NCBI GenBank assembly: GCA_052325545.1
Contig: JBKQUP010000009.1
Span: 13,486 to 77,485 of the forward strand
Length of the DNA: 64,000 nt
Direction: 5' to 3'
Source of the DNA: Thermoplasmata archaeon
GTDB lineage: Archaea; Thermoplasmatota; Thermoplasmata; Lutacidiplasmatales; UBA184
Both the position numbers and the translations under genes were made by a program. The number at the start of each line of letters is the position of its first letter. Position 1 is the first letter of the stretch. The notes beneath the pieces were generated by a model. The model saw only the letters and a list, made by a program, of their open reading frames with translations. It was not told where the DNA came from and did no database searches. Positions 42,874-52,503 of this stretch are shown in pieces.

Positions 42874-45497
42874 GGGGGCTCCTCCTTCGGGGACGACCCG
42901 ACGGATGCCCGGCGCTTGAGATCGCGCAGCGTTCGGGCGGCTTCCTCAGGACCGAGGTGTTCGAGGTCGAGCTGCCGGAGCTCGTCGACCACCGGGTGTT
43001 CGGAGGCTCCCTCCGAAAGCAGCACCGCCTGGGTGTACCGCGGCCCGCGACGGCGAGAGCCCTTCGGAGCCGTCGGCACGACGCTTTCGGTCTCGAGGCG
43101 ATGGAGAAGGCGTTCGGCCTCCTCGAGGACCCCCTCCGGGACCCCCGCGAGGCGCGCCACGTGAACGCCGTAGCTCCGGTCGGTCGCGCCCGGAACCAGA
43201 CGGTGGAGGAAGACGATCCCTTCCGGGCCCTCGTGGACGGCGAAGTGGGCGTTCTCGGCCGCCGAGAGCCCCCGGACCAGGTCGGTGAGCTGATGGTAGT
43301 GGGTCGCGAGCAGGCAACGGGCCCGGGTCGCGTCGTGCAGGTGCCTCAGCGTCGCCCAGGCGATCGCGAGCCCATCGAACGTGCTGGTACCACGACCCAC
43401 CTCGTCGAGCAGGACGAGGGACCGGGCGTCGGCCGAGCGCAGGATCTCGGCGACCTCGCTCATCTCCACCATGAAGCTCGACTTTCCCCGGCCGATCTCG
43501 TCCGTGAAGCCCATCCGGGTGAACAGCTGGGTGACGAGGCCGATCCGGGCGAACTTGGCCGGCAAGAACGACCCCGCCTGCGCGAGGACGACCAGGAGGC
43601 CGACCTGGCGCATGTACGTCGACTTCCCCGACATGTTCGGGCCGGTCAGCACCAACATCCGTCGCCGGTCCGGGTCGAGGTCCAGGTCGTTCGGGACGAA
43701 CGATTCCCCGAGGACCCGGTCGAGCACCGGATGGCGCCCGTCGCGCACCACGAGGACCGAGGAATCGTCGACCGTGGGCCGGACGTAGCCTCGGGTCTGG
43801 GCGAGGTGCGCGAACGTGGCGAGCGCGTCCAGCTCCCCGACGGCGCGGCTGACCCGGTGGACCGCCGGTACGTGACGTTCGACGGAATCGAGGAGCTCCT
43901 CCCAGCGGGTCGCCTCGGCGGTCTTGATCCCGTCCCGCGCTTCCAGGATGCGTCGCTCGATCTCCTCGAGCCGGTCCGACGTGAACCGCTCGGCCTGGGC
44001 GACCGTCTGGCGCCGGCGGAAGTGCGGCGGGACCCGGGCCAAGTGGGGCTTGGTGACCTCGAAGTAGTAGCCGAAGACCTGGTTGTAGCCGACCTTGAGC
44101 GTCCGGATGCCCGAGGCCTCTTGCTCGGACCGCTCGAGGGCGGTCATCTCGCGGAGCGCCGAGCGCTCGGCGTCGCGCCACCGGTCCACCTCGGGGGCGT
44201 GGCCGGGCCGGAACAGCTCGCCCTCGTCCTGCGTGGCCGCGGGATTCTCGGGCAACGCTCCGGCGAGGAACGGGACCAGCCCGGGCGGGGGGGCTAGCTC
44301 CCCGGCGAGCATCGTGAGCCGGACGGAGGACCCACCCTCGGTCAGGCTGCGGCCGAGCGCTTCCGCGGCCTCGAGGCCGGCCCGCAGCGCCACGAGCTCG
44401 GCCGGTCGTACCCGGCGCCCGGCGACCCGGGCCGCGATGCGAGAAAGGTCCGGGACCGACTTGAGCCGCGCGCGCCATCCTTCGAGGGCGGCGCCGCGGT
44501 CGACGAGCGACTGCACCGCGTCCTGACGAACGGCGATCGCCGACGCGTCGGCGAGCGGGTTCGTCAACCAGAACGCGAGCGTGCGCCGGCCCGGGGCGGT
44601 TACGGTCTCGTCCCAGGTCCCGAGAAGGGTGACGCCTTTCGCGTCGTCCGGGTTCATCGGCCGGTTGATCTCGAGGTGTCGGAGCGTCTTCGCGTCCAGA
44701 ACGAGCCGCCGTCCCCCCGCGCCCCGCTCGACGAGGTCGAGATGGGGAAGGAGGCGGGGCTGGGTCGCCCGCAAATAGGCCGCCAATCGGCGGTCGGCCT
44801 CGAGGACCTCTTCGGCCAGGTCCGCTTCACCGCGGAGAGCGCTCGGGAGCTCTCCGGCGACGGCGGGAGCTGGGGCGGCCTCGAGCCGAGCGGACGGGAA
44901 CTCGCGTCGCAGGGCGGCGACGAGAGGGGGTGCCGCCGACTCCTCCCCGACGGCCCATAGGATCTCGCGCGGCTGGAACGCGGCGAGGGAGGAGACGATA
45001 CCCTCCGCACCGTGCCCGTCCGCCGACCCATGGTACCATTCTCCGGTGGTGATGTCGACCGCCGCGTAGGCTCCGAGCTTCCGGGTCGGGGCGACGACGC
45101 TGACGAGGAAGCTGTGGTCGGAGCCCCCGAGGATGCGGTCCTCGACCGCCGTGCCCGGCGTGACGACCCGCGTGACCTCCCGCCGGACCAGGCCCTTCGC
45201 GAAGCGCGGGTCCTCGACCTGGTCGCAGATCGCCACCTTGTAGCCCTTCCGCACGAGACGACCAAGGTACGTCTCCACCGAGTGGTGGGGAACGCCCGCC
45301 ATCGGGGTCCGGACGCCCTGGGCGTCCGCGGCCCGGGCGGTCAAGACCACGTCGACCTCGCGCGACAGGAGCCGCGCGTCGTCCCCGTAGGTCTCGTAGA
45401 AGTCCCCCACGCGGAAGAGCACGAGGTGGCCGGGGTACCGTGCCTTGACACCCTCGTACTGTTCTAGCAGAGGGGTCAGGGGCAGCGGTTCGGGCAT
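42870..45497 (-). CDS. mutS: DNA mismatch repair protein MutS (bacterial MutS1 type)
   Basis: 875 aa, ATG verified; TGPNMSGKSTYMRQV Walker A; N-terminal mismatch-recognition domain. Confidence 0.9.
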   Translation of the reverse strand: MPEPLPLTPLLEQYEGVKARYPGHLVLFRVGDFYETYGDDARLLSREVDVVLTARAADAQGVRTPMAGVPHHSVETYLGRLVRKGYKVAICDQVEDPRFAKGLVRREVTRVVTPGTAVEDRILGGSDHSFLVSVVAPTRKLGAYAAVDITTGEWYHGSADGHGAEGIVSSLAAFQPREILWAVGEESAAPPLVAALRREFPSARLEAAPAPAVAGELPSALRGEADLAEEVLEADRRLAAYLRATQPRLLPHLDLVERGAGGRRLVLDAKTLRHLEINRPMNPDDAKGVTLLGTWDETVTAPGRRTLAFWLTNPLADASAIAVRQDAVQSLVDRGAALEGWRARLKSVPDLSRIAARVAGRRVRPAELVALRAGLEAAEALGRSLTEGGSSVRLTMLAGELAPPPGLVPFLAGALPENPAATQDEGELFRPGHAPEVDRWRDAERSALREMTALERSEQEASGIRTLKVGYNQVFGYYFEVTKPHLARVPPHFRRRQTVAQAERFTSDRLEEIERRILEARDGIKTAEATRWEELLDSVERHVPAVHRVSRAVGELDALATFAHLAQTRGYVRPTVDDSSVLVVRDGRHPVLDRVLGESFVPNDLDLDPDRRRMLVLTGPNMSGKSTYMRQVGLLVVLAQAGSFLPAKFARIGLVTQLFTRMGFTDEIGRGKSSFMVEMSEVAEILRSADARSLVLLDEVGRGTSTFDGLAIAWATLRHLHDATRARCLLATHYHQLTDLVRGLSAAENAHFAVHEGPEGIVFLHRLVPGATDRSYGVHVARLAGVPEGVLEEAERLLHRLETESVVPTAPKGSRRRGPRYTQAVLLSEGASEHPVVDELRQLDLEHLGPEEAARTLRDLKRRASVGSSPKEEPP

Positions 45498-45523
45498 CGG
45501 GCGCGGCGTGGAGCGGAGGACCC

Positions 45524-45531
45524 CATATAAT
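45524..45531 (-). promoter_or_regulatory. TATA box (minus strand ATTATATG) about 30 nt upstream of the mutS ATG; leaderless promoter
   Basis: Isolated AT octamer directly after the tRNA-Ser 3' end. Confidence 0.4.
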
Positions 45532-45556
45532 CCAATTCAGCCGGCGAGAGGCGGGA

Positions 45557-45640
45557 CGCTGAGGGGGAGATTTGAACTCCCGTGGCGGAACCGCCACCAG
45601 CTTTCAAGGCTGGCGCCTTGCCGGGCTAGGCTACCTCAGC
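45557..45640 (-). tRNA. tRNA-Ser (anticodon UGA), class II with long variable arm
   Basis: Manual fold: acceptor GCTGAGG/CCTCAGC, D-arm GCCT-AGCCCGGCA-AGGC, anticodon arm CCAGC-CTTGAAA-GCTGG, variable arm GGCGG-TT-CCGCC, T-arm GGGAG-TTCAAAT-CTCCC, discriminator G. Confidence 0.85.
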
Positions 45641-45706
45641 GCATCGGGCAGAGCGGAGCCGGGAGGAATAAACCCTCCCTTTGGGAGGGGGTCCGGGGCG
45701 GAGGAG

Positions 45707-45808
45707 TGCAGGTGCCGGGACATCCGCGCGAGACCTGGTCGGGTCTCGCGTTTCGAACCCGGGTAGTCAGCTTGGAGGGCTGACATCCTACCACTAGATT
45801 ACACCTGC
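45707..45808 (-). tRNA. tRNA-Gly-like (anticodon UCC) with about 31-nt non-canonical intron in the T-loop; unusual C33
   Basis: Manual fold: acceptor GCAGGTG/CACCTGC, D-arm ATCT-AGTGGTA-GGAT, anticodon arm TCAGC-CCTCCAA-GCTGA, T-stem CCGGG/CCCGG enclosing TTCGAA + hairpin insert (CGCGAGACC-CGA-GGTCTCGCG) + T, discriminator A. Confidence 0.55.
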
Positions 45809-45848
45809 ACGGCCGCCGCCGGACCGAGGGCGCGACCGCCCTGCGTGG

Positions 45849-46415
45849 TTAATGCTTTTCGTTTGCAGTGTGGGCCGCCGGAGCCGAAAGGTCGAGGAGC
45901 GCCACCCGTTCGAGGACGAGGCCTTCCCACCCCGATGGCGGGACCGCGCTCCGCTCCGCGGCCTCGATCCCGAGCCGCTCGAGGACCTGCTCGTCCACCG
46001 GCCTCGGGTACGCGCTCGGGTCCAGCGTGAGCTCGAACCGTTCGAGGAGAACGGCGGGGTCCTGCGGGCGCTCGGTGACCAGGACGAACTGCTCGGTCGC
46101 ATCGGAGACCCCGACCTTCGCGAGGGCCCGCGGAAGCTGGTCGTCGCCGGCGACGTACAGGGCGAACTCCGCGCCCCGGTCCCGGAGGCGGATCTCGCCG
46201 CGGGTGCGGGCACGCCCGAGATGCGCCCAGGCGGAGAGGAGGTGTCGCTCTCCCGCCACCGCGCGCGCGTCGAAGAGGGCGACGAGCGCCGGCGACTCCT
46301 TGGCCAGCTCCCGGAGGGTCCGGATGATCGCGTCCGTCGCGGGGCTACCGGGACGGGAGCGACGGGCACCGACCGCTCGGACCGGGCGTTCCTCGGGCGG
46401 GGGCAGAGGGGTCAT
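45849..46415 (-). CDS. cgi121: KEOPS complex subunit Cgi121
   Basis: 188 aa, ATG verified; Cgi121-like pattern (ALVALFDARAVAGERHLLSA...). Confidence 0.6.
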   Translation of the reverse strand: MTPLPPPEERPVRAVGARRSRPGSPATDAIIRTLRELAKESPALVALFDARAVAGERHLLSAWAHLGRARTRGEIRLRDRGAEFALYVAGDDQLPRALAKVGVSDATEQFVLVTERPQDPAVLLERFELTLDPSAYPRPVDEQVLERLGIEAAERSAVPPSGWEGLVLERVALLDLSAPAAHTANEKH

Positions 46416-46425
46416 CGAACCGGGG

Positions 46426-47037
46426 TCACTCCCGCATGAACTTGAGGAACTCGTCGAGGGTCCGGGGCTGGAGAGTGTAGTTCTCCTCCCGTTCCCGCCC
46501 GATCGTGGAGGTCGGCGTCGTGCCGTAGTCGTGACCGGGGAGCACGACGAGCGCGTCGTCCAGGGTGAGGAGCCGGTGGTGGAGGCTGTCGTAGAGCTGG
46601 GCGGTGTCCCCGCCCGGAAGGTCGGTGCGCCCGCACTCGCCGACGAAGAGGGTGTCGCCGGTGGCGACGTTCCCCTCGAAGACGTAGAGGACGCTGTCCT
46701 TCGTGTGCCCCGGCGTGTGAACGACGTGGAACCGCAGCCGCCCGGCGGCGATCGCGTCCCCGTCGTCGACCGAGACGTCTTGGTGGATCGGCGCGACGCG
46801 GTGCGCGACGACCTTCGCCCCCGTCCGCTCCTTCACCTCATCGTTGCCGGCGATGTGGTCCGGGTGGCTGTGCGTGTTGAGGATGTAGCGGACCTTCACC
46901 CCCCGCGCGTCGATCGCCTCGAGGACCGGGTCGATCCCGAACGAGGGGTCGATGACGACCCCCTCACCTCCGGGCTCCTCCGCCACGAGGTACGTGAAGT
47001 TCAGGTACGGGCCGATGCGGAACTGGTCGAGGAGCAC
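46426..47037 (-). CDS. MBL-fold metallo-hydrolase (glyoxalase II-like)
   Basis: Track ORF trimmed to GTG 47037; NTHSHPDHIAGN (HxHxDH) and HTPGHT motifs. Confidence 0.75.
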   Translation of the reverse strand: MLLDQFRIGPYLNFTYLVAEEPGGEGVVIDPSFGIDPVLEAIDARGVKVRYILNTHSHPDHIAGNDEVKERTGAKVVAHRVAPIHQDVSVDDGDAIAAGRLRFHVVHTPGHTKDSVLYVFEGNVATGDTLFVGECGRTDLPGGDTAQLYDSLHHRLLTLDDALVVLPGHDYGTTPTSTIGREREENYTLQPRTLDEFLKFMRE

Positions 47038-47080
47038 ATCCCGGCGAGAAAGGGAGCGTATTTGAGACTGGGGGCACGAA

Positions 47081-48016
47081 CTACGGGCTGCCCGGTTCGG
47101 GCGCCGTGGTCCGGCGACCCGTGACGGCGTCGAGGACGACCCGGCCCTGGGACCCCTCGGCGTACCAGTGCGGCACGTAGAGCAGGACGAACGGCCCGAG
47201 CCGGATGTCGTCGGCGGAGGGCGGGACCCGACGGGTCTCGATGACGAGCGCTCCCTGGTGCTGTTCGGTGTGGTCGACGTGGACCGTATGGTGCCGGCGG
47301 ATCGCATCGAGCGCGAGCGGGACGACCTGGGACTCGTCGAGCTGGGGAGAGAGCCGCTGGTGCGGTTCGCTGAGGTCCGCGATCAGCTCGCGGTCGCCGT
47401 CCGCCCAGATCTCGGCGCGACGGGTGACCGAGTTGACAGCGACCAGGTTGCGGACGACCGCGCCATGGCCTCCGTCGGGAGAGGCCGGGCGGACGCGATA
47501 GGCCGCGACGAAGAACGGGACGAGCCGCAGGGTGGACCGGGGGCCATCCACACCGGCGAGGGTCTCCGCTTCCGACCGGTCGATCCGAGGCCGCACCGTC
47601 CGCTCGCCGTGGGGCGCGATCGCGAACGGCGGCTCGAGCGGGCCCCCGGGGTCCGCATCCACGGGCGAAAGCTCCGCTCCGGCGGGCGGTAGGAGCAGGA
47701 TCTCGCCGAGGCCGGGACCGAGGGTCGATGGGTCGAGGACCTCGATCCCCCGGTCGGCGGCGAGCGCGCGCGCGACCTCCCCGGGTTCGTCGTCGTAGAC
47801 GATCGTGCGGTGGATGCTTTCCGAGGGAAAGAACGCCTCGATGTCGGCCGGGGACCGGGCGGCCGTGAGGATCACCACGGCCCGTCGGTCGCGCCCGCGG
47901 ACCGCCACGAGCGTGTCCTGACGGACCTCGACGCGGTACCCGGCCGCCTCGAGGAGCTTACCGAGGACCGAACCGGGCGGCCCGCTGCGGGTCATCAGGC
48001 TGCGGACGCGCGCCAT
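47081..48016 (-). CDS. hypothetical protein (N-terminal region weakly restriction-endonuclease/Mrr-like)
   Basis: 311 aa, ATG verified; no confident family assignment. Confidence 0.4.
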   Translation of the reverse strand: MARVRSLMTRSGPPGSVLGKLLEAAGYRVEVRQDTLVAVRGRDRRAVVILTAARSPADIEAFFPSESIHRTIVYDDEPGEVARALAADRGIEVLDPSTLGPGLGEILLLPPAGAELSPVDADPGGPLEPPFAIAPHGERTVRPRIDRSEAETLAGVDGPRSTLRLVPFFVAAYRVRPASPDGGHGAVVRNLVAVNSVTRRAEIWADGDRELIADLSEPHQRLSPQLDESQVVPLALDAIRRHHTVHVDHTEQHQGALVIETRRVPPSADDIRLGPFVLLYVPHWYAEGSQGRVVLDAVTGRRTTAPEPGSP

Positions 48017-48105
48017 GGAATAAGTGGGTTCCGCTCGTCTGGCGACGGCGGCACGCGTTCGCGAGTCTCCGCTCCACAGCGGCGTCTTCCGCCGAAAGAG
48101 AGCTA

Positions 48106-48951
48106 ATGTTCCCGACCACCCCTGGGGAGGTCGTGGGCCGGTTCTGGGTCGGTTGCTCCGGTTGGGCGTACGACGATTGGGTCGGGCCGTTCTATCCTCC
48201 CGGGACCGCGCCGGGCGACTTCCTCCTTTGCTACGCCCGTGTGTTCCGAGTCGTAGAGGTGGATTCGAGCTTCTATCGGGCGCCCAGCCCTTTCCTCATC
48301 CGTCGGTGGGCGGAACGTACGCCCGATGGGTTCCGCTTCGCTCTCAAGGTTCCGCGGGATGTGACCCACGAGACGGCGCCGTCGACCGTGCACGATGTCC
48401 TCGGCCCTTTTCTTTCGAGCCTCGAGCCACTCCGCTCGCGCGGCAAGCTCGGGCCCGTGGTCCTTCAGTTCCCGCCATCGTTCCGCGCGACCGCAGGGAG
48501 GGCCCGCCTCGAACTCCTGCTCGAGGCCATTCCTCGCGAGTACGAGCTCGCGGTAGAGCTCCGGCACGGCTCATGGTGGACGGACGCCACGCGTTCGCTG
48601 CTGGAGAGCCGAAAGGCGACGCTGGTCTGGTCGGTCGTTCCCGAGACCCGACCTCCGCCCTGGGTAACGGGCGACTTCCTGTACGCCCGGTTCATCGGCG
48701 ACCGGGCCCTCACGCAGTTCGACCGGATCCAGCGGGACGCACGCCCCGAGATCGTCGCGATGAAGAGCCTTTTCGAGAACGAGGGACGCGCGATCGCGAC
48801 CATCTACGCGTTCGCGAACAACCACTTCATGGGCTTCGGGCCGGGAACGGCCGCGGTCATCTCCGAACTGTTGGGGGAGCCGCGCCCCGACCTGGGGGCC
48901 GTTGGCCGTCCCCCGGGCCAGAGCCGCCTCGAGCCGGGGTCCGAAGGGTGA
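48106..48951 (+). CDS. DUF72-family protein
   Basis: WVGCSGWAYDDWVGPFYP...FLLCYARVFRVVEVDSSFYR: canonical DUF72 N-terminus. Confidence 0.8.
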   Translation: MFPTTPGEVVGRFWVGCSGWAYDDWVGPFYPPGTAPGDFLLCYARVFRVVEVDSSFYRAPSPFLIRRWAERTPDGFRFALKVPRDVTHETAPSTVHDVLGPFLSSLEPLRSRGKLGPVVLQFPPSFRATAGRARLELLLEAIPREYELAVELRHGSWWTDATRSLLESRKATLVWSVVPETRPPPWVTGDFLYARFIGDRALTQFDRIQRDARPEIVAMKSLFENEGRAIATIYAFANNHFMGFGPGTAAVISELLGEPRPDLGAVGRPPGQSRLEPGSEG

Positions 48952-49074
48952 TCGTGCCCGGCTCCGCCCGAGCACGTGGGCCGACCTGGTCGACGCGGCA
49001 TCGCCGGCGGTTCAGGGGACAACGCTCAATAGAGCGGCCCGTTCTTTCAGGGTCCCCCGCCGATAAGGACGTCA

Positions 49075-50034
49075 ATGGACACCGAGGCGCCCGAACCGAA
49101 CCCGGTCCGTAGTCGGATGCGGTGGCTCGCCACGGAGGGGGCCCAGACCCTGACGGTCCTTCGGAACTGGCCTACCTACTGGGTGGACCGGTTCCTCGGG
49201 CGACGTCCCGCGTCCTTGCGCTTCCGCCGGGGATTCTCGTTCCCCAAGCCTACCCGGGACGAGGCGGGGACCCTCCTGTTCCTGGGCGCCAACGGAGTGA
49301 GGTTCGGCGAAGCTCCCGACCCTTCGCGCCTGTCATGGGGATTGGATCCCCGCGACCGGATCATCACGACCCCGACGGGGATCCGGTTCCACCTGCCCTC
49401 GGTGGAGGGCGTGATCCTCGCCGAGACGTATCTCTACGACATCCACTTCGCGGGTGACCTGCCCGGGAAGACGGTGGTCGATATCGGAGCCAATGTGGGC
49501 GACACGGCCCTCTACTTCGCCGAGCGGGGTGCGGAGGTCTTGGCCTACGAGCCCGACCCCGCGAACTACGAGTGGCTGCTCTCCAACCTCGACCTCAATC
49601 CGAATCTGCGCCCCCGCGTCCACCCGTTCCCCTTCGCGGCGGGCGTGGACGGGGAGGTCGAGTTTCATGTGGGTCTGCGCGGGGGCAGCAGCATCTACGA
49701 GACCGCGGGCACCGTTCGCCGGGTGAAGTCCGTCAGCCTGGAAACCATCCTCGCGGGAAAGGACCGCATCCACCTGCTCAAGGCCGACTGCAAAGGCGCG
49801 GAGCACGAGCTGGCCCGACAGCCGGCGATCGGCCGGTTCGACCACATCGCGATCGAGTACTACTGGTCCGTGCCCGGACTTCCCCCGGGCGAGACACCCC
49901 TAACGGTGTTGCTCGCGCGGTTGCGCGAACAGGGCTTCGGGCACTTCCGAGTCTTCAAGCATAACACGGGCTCGCTCCCGCTCGGCCAGCACGGTATGCT
50001 CGAAGCCGATCACGACCGGACCACTGTCTCGTAA
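49075..50034 (+). CDS. FkbM-family SAM-dependent methyltransferase
   Basis: VVDIGANVGDTALYFA...; 319 aa. Confidence 0.7.
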   Translation: MDTEAPEPNPVRSRMRWLATEGAQTLTVLRNWPTYWVDRFLGRRPASLRFRRGFSFPKPTRDEAGTLLFLGANGVRFGEAPDPSRLSWGLDPRDRIITTPTGIRFHLPSVEGVILAETYLYDIHFAGDLPGKTVVDIGANVGDTALYFAERGAEVLAYEPDPANYEWLLSNLDLNPNLRPRVHPFPFAAGVDGEVEFHVGLRGGSSIYETAGTVRRVKSVSLETILAGKDRIHLLKADCKGAEHELARQPAIGRFDHIAIEYYWSVPGLPPGETPLTVLLARLREQGFGHFRVFKHNTGSLPLGQHGMLEADHDRTTVS

Positions 50035-50172
50035 GCTTCGGGGCCCGAGGCGGCGGTACCGGGTCCGGTAGAATCCCAAGCGGCGTTTCTCGGCGGACCG
50101 ACAGCGCGCCTCCGGGCGCGTCCTCCCGAGGACAATCTATTTAGGTCGCTCCGGGGTCCAAACCTCTCGTAG

Positions 50173-52398
50173 ATGGCCGAGGCTATCACCCTGCGAGTCG
50201 CCGAAGCGTTCCAGCAGGACATCGGCTTGGGGACGGCCCGCCTCGACGTTCAAACGCGGCAACGGCTCAAGGTGGGCCTCCAGGACATCATCGAGGTCCG
50301 GGGCCGCAAGCCCACGCCCGCCGTGGTCGCCCGGGCCCAGCAAGAGGACGAAGGCAAGGGGCTCGTCCGTATCGAAGCGGTGGTCCGTCGCAACGCGGGG
50401 GTCAGCATCGGGGACCGGGTCTCGGTCCAGCGGGTCGACTGCCCGAACGCCGACGCGGTGACGATCGCCCCGATCTACGCCGGGTCTGCGCGCATGGACC
50501 TCGGGCCGGGCCTCGAGAGCTTCGTCGCGAAGGCGCTCGCCCGCCGTCCGTTCATCCGCGGCGATGTGTTCGTGATCCCCGGCGTCTTCCTCATGGGGGG
50601 CTCGCTCCCCTTCATGGTGGTCTCCACCCAGCCGAAGGGGATCGTCCAGGTCGCTCCGTCGTCGCTGATTACGATCAAGGAGGAGACCGTCAGCGAGACC
50701 GAGGTCAGCGCGCCTCGGATCTCCTACGAGGACATCGGTGGCCTCACCGAGAAGCTCGGTCGGGTGCGGGAGATGATCGAGCTCCCACTGAAGCACCCCG
50801 AGCTGTTCGACCGCCTCGCCATCACACCTCCTAAGGGGGTCCTGCTCTACGGGCCGCCGGGGACGGGGAAGACGCTCATCGCCAAGGCCGTCGCGAACGA
50901 GGCGGGCGCCCACTTCATCGGGATCCAGGGTCCCGAGATCATCTCGAAGTACTACGGGGAGAGCGAGAAGGAGCTCCGCGAGAAGTTCGAGGAGGCGGAG
51001 AAGAACGCCCCGAGCGTGATCTTCATCGACGAGCTCGACTCGATCGCGCCTCGCCGGGACGAGGTCACCGGCGAGGTCGAGCGCCGGGTCGTCGCGACCT
51101 TGCTGACCCTGATGGACGGACTCTCGGGCCGCGGGAACGTCATCGTGATCGCCGCGACCAACCGGGAGGAGGCGATCGACCCCGCCCTCCGCCGCCCCGG
51201 CCGGTTCGACCGGGAGATCGAGATCGGGGTGCCGACCATGGAGGGCCGGCTCGAGATCCTCCAGATCCACACCCGGGGGATGCCGATCGACGGCACCGAC
51301 CGGGACCGCGAACGGATTTTGAAGGTCCTCGCGGCCCAAAGCCACGGGTTCGTGGGCGCGGACCTCTCGTCGCTCGCCCGGGAAGCCGCGATGCGGGCGC
51401 TGCGACGCTACCTCCCCGAGATCGATTTCGACCAGCCGATCCCGCTCTCGCTGCTCGAGCGGATGAAGGTCACCGAGCACGACTTCCGAGAGGCGCTCAA
51501 GCAGATCGAACCCTCGAGCCTAAGGGACGTCGCGGTCGAGGTCCCGACCGTCCACTGGGAGCAGGTGGGCGGCGTCGAGCGGGTCCGGCGGATCCTCGAG
51601 GAATCGGTCGAGCTCCCGTTCAAGAACCCGCAGGTCTACCGCCACATGGGCATCGAACCGCCGCGCGGCATCCTCCTCTACGGCCCGCCGGGCGTCGGGA
51701 AGACCCTCCTCGCGAAGGCCGCCGCGACGGAGAGTCAGGCGAACTTCATCTCGGTGAAGGGCCCCGAAGTGATGAGCAAGTGGGTCGGGGAGAGCGAGAA
51801 GGCCATCCGAATGATCTTCAAGAAGGCGCGGCAGGCCTCCCCGTCAATCGTTTTCATCGACGAGATCGACGCCATCGCCCCGCGCCGGGGGCTGCAGAAC
51901 TCGAGCGGCGTCACGGAGCGGATCGTCAACCAGCTCCTCACCTCGATCGACGGGCTCGAATCCCTCGAGCGGGTGCTCGTGATCGCCGCGACGAACCGGC
52001 CGGACATCGTCGACGAAGCGCTCCTTCGGACGGGTCGGTTCGACCGTCTGCTCTACGTCGAGCCCCCCACCATCGCCGGGCGGCTCGAGATCCTGAAGGT
52101 GCACACCAAGACGATGCCGCTCGCGGAGGACCTCGACCTGAACGCCCTCGCGGCGAAGACCGACGGATACGTCGGAAGCGACCTCGCGGCGCTCTGCCGG
52201 GAGGCCGGGCTCACCGCGATCCGGGAGAACATCAAGGCCACGAAGGTCACCCGCGCCCACTTTGAGGCCGCCCTCAAGCAAGTGCGGCCCTCGATCGACG
52301 CGGAGGGACTGAAGTTCTACTCCGAGTTCGAACGCCACCTCTTGCGCGAGCGGGTGACGCCCCGCCGCGACGAGCCGGTCGAGGCCATCTACCGATAG
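50173..52398 (+). CDS. cdc48: CDC48/VCP-like AAA+ ATPase (two AAA domains)
   Basis: 741 aa; two [16 protein letters not shown] Walker A, DELD Walker B, N-domain double-psi barrel. Confidence 0.95.
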   Translation: MAEAITLRVAEAFQQDIGLGTARLDVQTRQRLKVGLQDIIEVRGRKPTPAVVARAQQEDEGKGLVRIEAVVRRNAGVSIGDRVSVQRVDCPNADAVTIAPIYAGSARMDLGPGLESFVAKALARRPFIRGDVFVIPGVFLMGGSLPFMVVSTQPKGIVQVAPSSLITIKEETVSETEVSAPRISYEDIGGLTEKLGRVREMIELPLKHPELFDRLAITPPKGVLLYGPPGTGKTLIAKAVANEAGAHFIGIQGPEIISKYYGESEKELREKFEEAEKNAPSVIFIDELDSIAPRRDEVTGEVERRVVATLLTLMDGLSGRGNVIVIAATNREEAIDPALRRPGRFDREIEIGVPTMEGRLEILQIHTRGMPIDGTDRDRERILKVLAAQSHGFVGADLSSLAREAAMRALRRYLPEIDFDQPIPLSLLERMKVTEHDFREALKQIEPSSLRDVAVEVPTVHWEQVGGVERVRRILEESVELPFKNPQVYRHMGIEPPRGILLYGPPGVGKTLLAKAAATESQANFISVKGPEVMSKWVGESEKAIRMIFKKARQASPSIVFIDEIDAIAPRRGLQNSSGVTERIVNQLLTSIDGLESLERVLVIAATNRPDIVDEALLRTGRFDRLLYVEPPTIAGRLEILKVHTKTMPLAEDLDLNALAAKTDGYVGSDLAALCREAGLTAIRENIKATKVTRAHFEAALKQVRPSIDAEGLKFYSEFERHLLRERVTPRRDEPVEAIYR

Positions 52399-52503
52399 GG
52401 TGCGTCGCCGACGCAGGCCGCAGCCCCTTCGCAAAGCAAGCTATATGTAGCAGAGCCAAGTTCGGCGCGCCGCCTCCGATAGGGGGCCACCGATACGGGA
52501 GAT

